Origin: the human T2T-CHM13v2.0 reference genome, Homo sapiens | Strand: one strand, 5' to 3' | Length of the DNA: 64,000 nucleotides | NCBI RefSeq assembly: GCF_009914755.1 | Contig: NC_060930.1 | Shown: positions 12,054 to 22,856 of the stretch, piece by piece | Position numbering within the stretch: the stretch's first letter is position 1 | Layout: each line of letters begins with the position of its first letter | Translations under genes and position numbers: made by a program | The notes under the pieces: model-generated | What the model was told of the DNA's origin: nothing | The model's input: the letters and a program-made list of their open reading frames with translations, nothing else | The model's database searches: none

Positions 12054-13223
12054 TAACAATACCAAGCGTGGAGAAATGTTGCTGAAGGGAGTGAAAAATG
12101 CTACAACCAGTTTGGAGTATAATTTGATAGTTTCTCATGAAACCTAACAATTCCATATTTAAGTATTTAACCAAGAAAATGAACACATGTATCTATATAA
12201 GTTTTGCAGATGAATGGTACTAGGGTCTTTTAGTAAATTAATAGGATCATTAGATTTTTAAGCTTGTTTTGAAATAACTTGTGTTTGTTTATAAATTTGT
12301 TACATTCCTATAATTTAAAAAGTCACTTATATTACAAGTCCCCAGATATCAAGACTGTTATATATCGTTCATGCTTCTTATATAGACATATACACCACAT
12401 ACACGAGTCTATAAAAATGGGTATTTTAAACTTTCTCCTTTATTATTAAACAAAACAAGTAACTTTTGTGAATTAAGAAGTAACAGATTTTGTGATAAAT
12501 CTACATGACTCAGAAAATATCATACAAATTGTAGTTTATCATATAATTGTGTAAGGGCTCAAATGGTTGAAATTCTCATTCTGTTTCCTCTGATTACCCC
12601 TCCTTCCTCACCTGTCTTTATGGAGAACACACATTGGGCAAAATATGTGTCTGTCCTACTGAGAAAGTTTATCAACTCTACCTCACAGAACTGAGAACAA
12701 ATGCTGAGAGAGCTAGTGTTTTACCAAGATGAACTTAACCAAACAAAGAGATAGAAACCAAATGCAAAGCCAAGAGCCTTACATATAGATAAAAATGGAG
12801 GAATGAGAAAATAGCATTTATCCAAGAATCATGAGTTAATCGTCTTACCAGGCTTTAATCAATTTAATAATCAATATAATATTACATGCATAGTTCTTCA
12901 AAAATGTCAAGGAAAACTCTTTCCCATGGATTTTAACTGCTTGAATTCAGAGCATAGAAAACAGAAGAAAACTTGAGTGTAATATTAATAAAGACCCTTT
13001 AAAAAAGATGTTATATAAAAAGAAAAATCGCAAGCCAGTGAAAAATACATGCAAAATTCTAAATAACATTTTAGCAAACAAAATCTATGCTTAAAAGCAT
13101 AACACACAAAAAAGTGAGATTTTTCCCTAGTATGTAACAGTAATCAGACATTTTATCAAGACATTTACAAATAAGCCTAAAAATAGATGTCTGAGTGCTA
13201 TTTATGAAATTCAAGATCTATTC

Positions 13224-13308
13224 CTCCCATCCAAGCACTAACCAGGCCAACCCTGCTTAGCTTCCGAGATCAGACAAGATCGGGCGTGTTCAGGGTGGTA
13301 TGGCCGTA
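13224..13308 (-). pseudogene. 5S rRNA retropseudogene, 3'-truncated (about nt 4-89)
   Basis: Reverse complement TACGGCCATACCACCCTGAACACGCCCGATCTTGTCTGATCTCGGAAGCTAAGCAGGGTTGGCCTGGTTAGTGCTTGGATGGGAG matches vertebrate 5S. Flanked by TCAAGATCTATTCC (13211-13224) / TCAAGAGCTATTCC (13310-13323). Confidence 0.93.
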
Positions 13309-13449
13309 CTCAAGAGCTATTCCTAATGAACTAAAAAATGTCATAAAATAAGAATACAAGATTATCACTGAAAAGAAGTTCACAATTTCATGCACACACA
13401 TAAAAAAGTTATAGGCCCAAAGCAATATAAACATGAGAGCCTAGGGGAG

Positions 13450-13559
13450 GTTAACAGCATCCAGTCTGGAGCCAGAGAACTTGAGGGTTATTCTGAGTTT
13501 CTCATTTCTCTGTGATCTTGAGCAAGTTATGGGATTCTCTTTGCCTCAAGTCTTTATGT
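13450..13559 (+). mobile_element. MIR, left half (split by the ERV complex)
   Basis: TGTGATCTTGAGCAAGTTA...TCTCTTTGCCTCA is the MIR core, which continues at 31151 (ATAAAATG...AATAGTACATACC). Confidence 0.75.
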
Positions 13560-13963
13560 TGTTAAATCAAGTTTAGACTAAAGCTGACTTTTTACATATT
13601 TTAAGTTCAGCCTAAACGTTTCTCTGTACATAGTGAACTATAACCTCAATGAAGATGTAAACAGACTGAAGCCTATTTTTATGCCAGTCACCAAGTTTTA
13701 GTCAATCAAGGGCTAACTGTTCAAACCATGTTCAAGTTCAAATAAGGCAAATGCCCGCTTAGCTGCAACCAATTTGGTTGTTTCTGTACCTCACACCTGT
13801 TTTCTGCATGTCATTTTCCTTTTTCTGTCCATAAATCTTCTACCAGGTGGCTGTGCTGGAGTCTCTGAGCCTACTCTGGCTCAGGAGGCTGCCTGATTCA
13901 CAAATCATTCTTTGCTAAATTAAACTCTTATATTTAATTCAGTTGAAGTTTTTTCATTTAATA
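13560..13963 (+). mobile_element. MER57 5' LTR
   Basis: TGTTAAATCAAGTTTAGACTAAAGCTG...CAAATAAGGCAAA...TTTAATA, preceded by TSD ATGT and followed by a PBS. Confidence 0.85.
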
Positions 13964-13965
13964 GA

Positions 13966-13983
13966 TGGCATCAGAAGTGGGAT
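13966..13983 (+). other. Primer-binding site, tRNA-Leu type
   Basis: TGGCATCAGAAGTGGGAT starts 2 nt after the LTR. It has two mismatches to TGGTGTCAGAAGTGGGAT, the complement of a tRNA-Leu 3' end. Confidence 0.7.
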
Positions 13984-14049
13984 CCAAAGTAGATCCTCTA
14001 ATGACCCCATGAGTGCTGAGTGACTAAGCAAGGTACCCACTGGACCCAT

Positions 14050-14846
<797 letters not shown>

Positions 14847-15431
14847 TGTAAAAAAGTAAAGTAGAGGTTCCTCTTCAAAGACTTTCCTCCCCGCCTAATT
14901 AGAAATAAATAGTAACTTCTCTTAGAAGCAAAATTTATTCAAAGACCTGTACTAACATTCTTAAATATCTGCTAGCCGTAATAAAGAAATCAATGTACTT
15001 TGTGTTCTTAGCTCCCACAATTTAGACTAAATATTTGCCCTGACATGCTTATACTGATCCAAGCAAGCATTAGGTCATAGCCAGTTCCTCTTCCTTATTT
15101 AAAAGTATTTTTACCTTTCTCAGCATTCCACAAGTTACTTCCTCCTTCCTTTGTTTTCCTCTACCTTTGCCTCTTTTAAAAAGTTCTAAGTTGTTAGCCA
15201 ATCGGGACAAATACAGAATGTGAGGTCCCATTCCAGCCAATAGAAACCAGACACAGCAGTAGGGTGGACATGTCAGGTTATAAATGACCCTGTCTCCTTT
15301 GTTTGGTGAACTCTCATGGCAAAACTGCTGGTGAGTGTACCCTTTCTGCAGGAAGTAAAAATGGCCTTACTAAATAAATTTATGTTCAAGTGCTATTTCT
15401 TTATGGCACTGGGGAATGAGCATTTCAAACA
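14847..15431 (+). mobile_element. LTR10 (LTR10C-like) 5' LTR of a HERV-I-type element
   Basis: TGTAAAAAAGTAAAGTAGAGGTTCCTCTTCAAAG...CATTTCAAACA, with CCAAT boxes, TATAAA near 15279 and AATAAA near 15373. Confidence 0.8.
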
Positions 15432-15434
15432 ATT

Positions 15435-15456
15435 TGGTGTCAATCCGTACAGGGAT
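15435..15456 (+). other. Degenerate tRNA-Ile primer-binding site
   Basis: TGGTG-tcaa-TCCGTACAGGGAT versus TGGTGGCCCGTACGGGGAT, the complement of the tRNA-Ile 3' end, consistent with HERV-I. Confidence 0.6.
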
Positions 15457-15809
15457 ACATTCTCCTCTAGGGGTGGTCTCCAGTCCTCTCTCATGAGGGA
15501 GCATGCTCCCCTACCTCATTGAAGGTGCCTCAGGGATGAGAAATTGAGACCCACCCAGTGTGGTGAATAAACCCGGACTCTCAGCAATGCAAAAAAATAA
15601 AAAAGAAACTGGCCAGCAATCTAGCTTAAAGGATCTTCACATACTGCAGCGACAACTCTGTGCACAGACCAAGGAAGGAGAAGCCACAGGAGCTGGTAAA
15701 GTATTTCCTTGATGGTCAGATGGTAAAGCATTCCTTGGTTAGGACATACCAAGGAGAGAGAAACTGCAGGGGTGGTAAAGTATTCCTTAGTCAGGATGTC
15801 TTGGAGGTT

Positions 15810-16868
15810 AGAAAGAGGTAAGAAATCCCCATGAGGGGGGTTAAACCTCAGAGAGAGGTGAGAAATACCCAGGGTGGGGGTTGAACCTCAGAAAGAGGTG
15901 AGAAATCCCTGGGGAGGGGGGCGGGGGTTGAACCTCAGAAAAGGTGAGAAATCCCCAGAGGGTGGGAGTTGAATCTCAGAAAGAGGTGAGAAATCCCCGG
16001 GGGCGGGGGGGTTAAACCTCAGAAAGAGGTGAGAAATCCCTGGTAGGGGGGTTAAACCTCAGAAAGAGGTGAGAAATCCCTAGGGGGAGTTGAACCTCAG
16101 AAACAGGTGAGAAATCCCCAGAGGGTGTTGAACCTCAGAAACATGTGAGAAGTCCCTGGGGGTTGGGGGTTGAACCTCAGAAAGAGGTGAGAAATCCCCG
16201 GGGCGGGGGTTAAACCTCAGAAAGAGGTGAGAAATCCCCAGGGTGGGGGTTAAACCTCAGAAAGAGGTGAGAAATCCCCATGAGGGGAGTTGAACCTCAG
16301 AAACAGGTGAGAAATCCCTGGGGGTGGGGGTGAACCTCAGAAATAGGTGAGAAATCCCCAGGGGGAGTTAAACCTCAGAAAGAGATGAGAAATCCCCAGC
16401 AGGGGTTGAACCTCAGAAAGAAGTGAGAAATCCCTAGCGGGGTTGAACCTCAGAAAGAGGTGAAAAATCCCCAGGTTAGGGGGGTGGTTGAACCTCAGAA
16501 AGAGGTGAGAAATCCTGGGGGTGGGGGTTAAACCTCAGAAAGAGGTGAGAAATCCCTGGGCAGGGGGGTGGTTGAACCTCAGAAAGAGGTGAGAAATCCC
16601 CATGAGGGGAGTTGAACCTCAGAAAGAGGTGAGAAATCCCCAGGTTGGGGGTTGAACCTCAGAAAGAGGTGAGAAATCCCCATGAGGGGGGGGTTGAACC
16701 TCAGAAAGAGGTGAGAAATCCCTGGGCAGCGGGGTGGTTGAACCTCAGAAAGAGGTGAGAAATCCCCATGAGGGGAGTTGAACCTCAGAAAGAGGTGAGA
16801 AATCCCCAGAGGGGGAGTTGAACCTCAGAAAGAGGTGAGAAATCCCCACGAGGGGGCGTCGAACCTCA
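15810..16868 (+). repeat. Minisatellite of 26 units, about 36-46 bp, in the ERV leader
   Basis: Conserved core GTTGAACCTCAGAAAGAGGTGAGAAATCCC separated by short variable G-rich linkers. Units counted by eye. Confidence 0.95.
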
Positions 16869-18344
16869 CACAAAACTCCGGTAGTAACAAAAATATTCAG
16901 AAGCCCCCTTTCCTTTCTTCTTGGGTTAAGAAAGAGTAGCTCCACTCCCACCAGTCCTTCCCCTAGGGGAAGGGGAAGGGGAAGGAAAGGGGAAAACAGC
17001 AGCATAGGTGGCTGGCAGAGACAAAGGAAAGACCAGCAGAGAAGAAAAAGAAACTAGGAGAGGAAGTCAGAGAGAAAGAAAGCAAAAACAGCAAGCACAG
17101 AGCCAAACAGCCAGGCAGGCACACCAAGGGTTAAGTATCTCTCCCCAGCCCAGCTCTATGTGAAAAAGATGGTGGGGACAGGCACCTGGAGGAGAGCAGA
17201 GGAGGTGAATGGGCATAATTCTTGCAATTTGCACCCAGCACGAGAAACTAAGTGTAAGAAGAAAGGAAAGAAAGTAAAAAGGGGAATTGGGAAAAAAAAA
17301 AGAGAGAGAGAAACAGAAGGCAGTGTGTGCACGGGGGCAGGGCCCATAGAAATTGGGAGAAGAAAGGGAAACGGGATGACAGAGAGAGAGAGGAAAATAG
17401 AGTGCAAATGAGAGAGAGAGAAATAGAGGGAAAGAGTAAGTAAGAGAGAAACCAGAAGAGACAGAAATCAAAGAAAGACACAGAGGGTGAAACTAGGAAA
17501 AGAAATAGTGTAAAAAGAATGCAGAAAGTTAAGACATGTTGAAGATTGTCTGTGAAAGTCATAAGAAAAACTATAAAAGGGAATTTATGCAAGAAATATT
17601 GTATAATTTAAAAGTAATTACACCTCCTGAATATAAATTATTAAAAAATAGTTTATGTACAAGGTATGTAAGAAAAATAAAATATACTTTTAATAACAGG
17701 ATTATAAGGAAGCATAAGAATATGGATTTTTACCTACATTAAAGTTTAAAAAAAATTTTGTTTTAAAGGTTTAAGCAAGTTTTAAAATGTTAATTGTAAA
17801 GGAAATTCTGTGTGTAAACATATTGGCTAAAGTTAAATGGGTATCATCCAGTTTTTCTGTGAACTGGACATTAAAATAAAAGCACAATATATTTTTCTTA
17901 AAGCACTAAACTGCTCTTTAACAAAAATTACAAAAAGTTAAAAAAAGTCTATAAAAGTTTTACCTTATAGTCAGACATTAAAACTGGATAATGTCTACAA
18001 GATTTTATTATAATTAAGTTTAACATTAATAGCACATTAATATAAAGGTAAAATTTAACTTATCTAGTATAAAATCATACAAAAACATTGCCAAACATAA
18101 AATGGTGTTTAGCTTTCTTAAGGCCTGAAGGCAGCCAGGTAAGTCACAAGGCCCCTCATCCCCAAGGCCACAATGCGCAGGGGCGGTAAAGGCCACAAGA
18201 AGGCCAAGACATTAAGAGGGGGCAGGGCCACAGAGTCCCCTGGGTGGTGCTGAGCAGGAATGGAGCAGTAGGCATCACCATGAGGCCTCAAGCCCCAGTA
18301 TATGCAGCAGAAATTATATACTTAATTTATCTTCCACTTTCCCT

Positions 18345-18630
18345 TCCCTCGAAACTAAAAGTCTTTCAGCACAGGTACCACCCCTAGAATTTCCCGTACA
18401 TCAGCACCAGCCTGCAAACCACGTCCTCATCAAAAGCTAGAAAGAAGAAACTCAAGCCAGCCTGGGAAGAACCCTATTTTATGCTGTTAACCACTGAGAC
18501 TGCCATCTGCACAGCTGAGAAAAAAAAAAATTGGACCCACCATACTCAAGTCAAGAAAACATCTTCCTCTCAGAATCATGGGTTACTGTACTAAGATCAA
18601 GCCCTACTAAGTTAACGTTAAAGAAAGATT
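18345..18630 (+). pseudogene. pol: HERV-I-type pol, integrase C-terminal remnant
   Basis: Translates to PPLEFPVHQHQPANHVLIKS*K...PAWEEPYFMLLTTETAI...WTHHTQVKK, the GPY/F-module region, with stops and frameshifts. Confidence 0.8.
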
Positions 18631-18639
18631 AATTTTCAT

Positions 18640-20440
18640 ATACGTTCTATATTTCTTCCTTTCCTTTCCTTATTCTGTTACTAGCTCCTTTATTAATAAC
18701 ATAACTAAGTCTGACTCACCTAAGTCTGACTCACCTATTGCCTTTAATACTTGCTCTGTCATACCTTGAGGAAATGTAAAAGATCAACAACAACTAGCCT
18801 TTTCACACAAATATTTATGCCCCAGCACTCTAGTTGACACAGTTACCCCTAGCACTCATTGTTGTAATGACCTGCAGCCAAGACGCTGATCTTCTGCTCC
18901 TACCGCCTGGCAACCTTGTAGTAAATGGGACTACATCCCTTAAACTACCCAGGAGCAAAGCTGGATTTCCACGAAAAGGTTTCTGCAGATCTAAAACCCC
19001 TCATCTATTTCACTAAAAGGACTACCCCTTCTAACTGTCAGCCTTATCTATATAACCCTGTCCTTCTCTTTATCACCCCCTCCACCTTAACTAACTCTAG
19101 ACCTGCCCTTAGTCACTTCTATGGTATAAGAATTGACATAAATAGAAAAGACTCCCCGACCCCAGGTATTTTAAAAATATATATTATTCCGCCATCTTCC
19201 CCTTCTTCGGTAGCCTCAGATCTAGATCCCACAACAGTTGCTCCTACATCTAATAAAGCTAGGGTGTCTATTGTAAAAATAAGAGATCCAAAACAGACCT
19301 TAGCCATCAAGACAAAATATCAAGATGCAAATGCCTGGCTGAAATGGACTAAATAATCCATTCGCACTTTAAATAAAAGCGATTATTATACTTGTACACA
19401 CCGTAGGCCTGAGGCCCAGATTATCCCCTTTCCACTCCGATGGTCTCCTTGTCGACCAGATATGGACTGTATGGTGGCTGTTTTTCAAAATCCCACAGCT
19501 TGGGATAATCCAACATACTGAGCTCTCTCTGCTATATCCTGAAATTCAACACCCTGCGGGTCAACCCCTGAGGGCAATCCAGCTTCCACTTCTGAATGCC
19601 AAGTTTACTTCATGCCTCTCACGGCAGGGGTAAAATTTAGTGTTCCTTGGAAGCATAAAAGGATGCAAGGAGCTTAAGCCTTTCCAAGAGCTTGCCCATC
19701 CGTCCTCCCCACACACATTTATGGTGGTACTGTGGAAGACCTTTACTGGACACTCTGCCAAATAATTGGAGCAGTACTTGTGCTCTAATCCAATTGGCTA
19801 TCCCCTTCACCCTGGCATTTCATCAATCTAAAAAGGTAAAAACAAAACACCACAGGCCAAGAAAAACTCTTTATAAGTCTTTTAATCCTCAGGTTTACAT
19901 AAATGCTATTAAGGTCCTGTGAGAAGTGCCAAATAAGTTTAAAGCACAAAATGAAACAGCTGCAGAATTTAAATGCATGTTATTCTGGTAAGTATTAAAA
20001 AAAAGTAGACTAAATAAACTATATCTATTACAATCAGCAATAATTCATAAATTACACTGAGGACACCATCAAAGAGATGGCTAAGCAGTTAGGATCTACC
20101 AGCCAGATGGCCTAGAAAAATAAATTTTAAAAAATAGCTTTAAATATAATATTAGCAGAAAAAGGAGATGTTTGTGTCGTAATTAAAACTCAATCTTGGA
20201 ACCTCTGCAGAAAAAAATTGATTCCTCGGCAGTGTCATGAAAGCAAACCAGTTAATAAAGCTACAAAATTAATGGCTCAATTGTAACACAGTGGTGATGC
20301 GTCTAATTCCCCACAAAGACCAATAAATTAAATGTCTTATACAAAACTCAATATTGTACCTTTTTTCCTAATAATACTGCCCTTGATGGAACTATAGCAA
20401 AAGCGCTACAAAGGTTAACAGCCCTATCCAATAAACTTGC
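18640..20440 (+). pseudogene. env: HERV-I (HERVIP10-like) env remnant, 3'-truncated
   Basis: YQDANAWLKW, WWYCGRPLLDTLPNNWSSTCALIQLAIPF, INYIYYNQQ, ISD-like ALNIILAEKGDVCV and CTFFPNNTALDGT. Many stops. Confidence 0.85.
20195..20342 (+). other. 148-bp insertion with 10-bp TSD, probable retrocopied mRNA 3' end
   Basis: Interrupts env. Flanked by AAAACTCAAT (20185-20194 / 20343-20352) at a TT/AAAA site, with AATAAA at 20322-20327. Confidence 0.7.
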
Positions 20441-20778
20441 CTCAGGAGGTCCTGACCAGACATGTGCCCAAGGTGGTCAGAGCACAGTTTGGTTTTACAC
20501 ATTTTAGGGAGACATGAGACATCAATCAACATATGTAAGATGACCATTGGTTAGGTCTGGAAAGCCAGGAGGGAGCTTCCAGGTCATATACAGATAAGAA
20601 ACAGATGGTTGCATTCTTTTGAGTTTCTGATGAGCCTCTCTAAAGGAGGCAATCAGATATGCATTTATCTTAGTGAGCTTCAGATAATGGGAGGCAGGTT
20701 TGGACTAAGCAGTTCCCAGCTTCACTCTTCCCTTTAGCTTAGTAATTTTGGGGCCCCAATATTTATTTTCCTTTCACA
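20441..20778 (-). mobile_element. MER4A LTR, partial
   Basis: CTCAGGAGGTCCTGA...CATGTGCCCAAGGTGGTC...TTTATTTTCCTTTCACA is antisense MER4A, homologous to 28641-29191. Confidence 0.85.
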
Positions 20779-22510
20779 ATGCATAAGTATTAGGCCACAG
20801 AAACAGCAAAGTCTTAACAGAAATGGTGAAATCTTACTAAAGATAAGTTATCATGGAAGGTTCCAAATAAACAACACTGCACTGAAGAAATGCATTTGAA
20901 AAATGGGGCTCCCAAATTAGTCTCATCTAGGGATGTCTATTGATATTCAGAAGCTTCTAAAAAGATTTCAATATTTTTATTTAAAGATTTTATGAAAGGC
21001 AAATAAAAAGCTTAAGAAACTAATTGATAAGAAAAATTAAATCTGTTAATCTTTGCTTAGTTACTATTCCACCCTAAAGGTAGAAAGAAAGCTATCCTAG
21101 ATAAGGTATTTATAAAAGTTAAGCCCTCAGGTAAAATAGACTTGCTTCTTGTTCAGACCTATCCATGCGGGAGGCCAGGCATAGAGGATGCTTTCTTGGC
21201 TCTGTTCCATAATGAGTTCCCCCTTGAACTCAGTAATTTTAACCAAGAGACAGTGGCTACATTAAAAAGAACACCCTATTGAAATAAAATGCACCTTTCT
21301 GGAATTTAATTGGCTACTTTGAAACTCTTTTGTATAAGAAATTTCCATCTATAAAAGAAATCTCAATTTTTAAGGATGTCTGCCTACATACAATAGAAAC
21401 TCTAACCATTCTTTTAAATTTAAATAATAAGTAATGCCTTTGTTTAAGGTGCTTTTCTATCTTAAGTGAACTTTTACTTGAGCAATTTTTTTTTCTCCTT
21501 GATTTGAACAAATAATGAATCAATACTTAGGCTGAGAATCTTAGCTCTGTGCTTATGAAATATACATCCTTTTTGTTACACCTAAGAGTTGTCCCTTTAG
21601 AAATGCAAATTTGTTGCTGAGTTAACAATTGCTTAGGGAAATGAAACAGGTAATAGAAAGATTGATACACCAAATAGAGAAAAGAAAAAAGTATTTTAAA
21701 ACTGGCAAAAGCTATAAGATCTGCTTCTGTTTGTTTGTATGTCTATATGTGTTATGTGTATGTGATATCTGGTAAATAAAGATAGTTTTTAATTTATTGG
21801 TAAAATAGAAATGTCTTCAAAATTATCAGTTGAATATAATTAGATACCCACTTGATTTGACTGTGAGCTTATGTCTTTGGTTTAGAGTCTCTGGATTCAG
21901 GGGTCTGGATAGGTGGCCATGATGACATCTGGAGACACGTTCTTAGAGTCTAGACCACCAGCTACAAGCCCAATATGGCCTCTTCCTCCTCTGCTTTCCC
22001 TGTTTTGCCTCCTGGCTATTGTGGGAGCGGTTGGATCCTCCAAGTATAGTCTTCACAGCTCTGGCTTCTGTCCTGATGGACTCAGGCCCCGATGTTCATA
22101 GTCCTCATGGGGGGCACATGGCTTCTTGGGACTTAGAATGACTGGGAAGAGACATTAGGGAGGCTGCCTGTGTCATAGCTTCAAAATTCTTTTCAGTAAT
22201 TTAAAATCCTAGAGTCATGTTATGTTTAATTAAGTAATAAAAAAATTCACAAAATGAGTCATGTTCAAGTTAAGATACTGAAATATTCATTATTACACAT
22301 GCATTTAAGTCTATATACCTTGACATATTATTTCTATATAGTATAGAAAAGTAAATATATTTAGATCTGATAATAAAAAATAATTTGAAGAACTATCTCT
22401 CTAAAAAATTATAAAATGCTTTTTATCTACAAATAACTGATATGAAACAGTTCAAAATTACTTTCTAGAGTTTTCACTAGAAATAAGGGTTACTAACAGT
22501 TAAAAACTAC

Positions 22511-22856
22511 TGTCAGAAGTGTTTGAACCTGAGCAAATCCATCTTGAATAAGGGCTTCGTAAAATGAGGCTAAGACCTACTGGGCTGCATTCCCAGAAAA
22601 TTAAGTCATTCTCAGTCACAGGATGAGAAAGAGGTTGGCACAAGATACAGGTCTTAAAGACCTTGCTGATAAAACAGCTTGCAGTAAAGAAGCTAAGACC
22701 CACCAAAACCAAGATGGTGATGAGAGTGATCTCTGGTTGTCCTCACTGCTACACTCCCATTAGCACCATGACAGTTTACAAATGCCATGGCAACATCAGG
22801 AAGTTACCCCAATAACCCTCTGTTGGGTCCTGGATTGGGACTCCTTTCCTGTAGCA
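22511..22856 (+). mobile_element. MER41A 5' LTR with about 200-bp internal deletion
   Basis: Colinear with the 3' LTR up to GGAAGTTACC, then jumps to AACCCTCT...TTTCCTGTAGCA. Confidence 0.85.

Larger units (their letters stand above)
10110..12220 (+). mobile_element. Degraded L1M ORF2/3' region interrupted by MLT2 and MER41-group LTRs
   Basis: CTAAAGTTTATATGCAAATGCAAAACACCTAGAATGGTC, ACAGACTGGGAGAA and ATGAAAAGGTATTCAACATC are L1 ORF2 motifs. Confidence 0.75.

Noticed and set aside
13224-13308. Functional 5S rRNA gene
   Set aside because: It is a single 3'-truncated copy with substitutions, no terminator and a TSD.
15041-15275. p53 response element in LTR10
   Set aside because: Only isolated or degenerate half-sites (TGACATGCTT, GGACATGTCA) are present, with no good adjacent pair.
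15810-16868. CRISPR-like array (palindromic 30-bp repeat with variable spacers)
   Set aside because: The linkers are only about 6-16 nt, G-rich and related to each other. There are no cas genes, and the context is a primate ERV leader. It is a minisatellite.
17067-17592. Overlapping 83-134 aa hydrophobic or basic ORFs
   Set aside because: These are artefacts of a low-complexity purine-rich tract.
18925-19922. 143-aa and 76-aa ORFs as a domesticated env (syncytin-like)
   Set aside because: They are fragments of a stop-riddled, hypermutated env truncated before the membrane anchor.
20195-20345. H/ACA snoRNA retrocopy (similar size, ACA near the end)
   Set aside because: I cannot see a convincing two-hairpin fold. 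AATAAA at canonical spacing fits an mRNA 3' end better, though this is not formally excluded.
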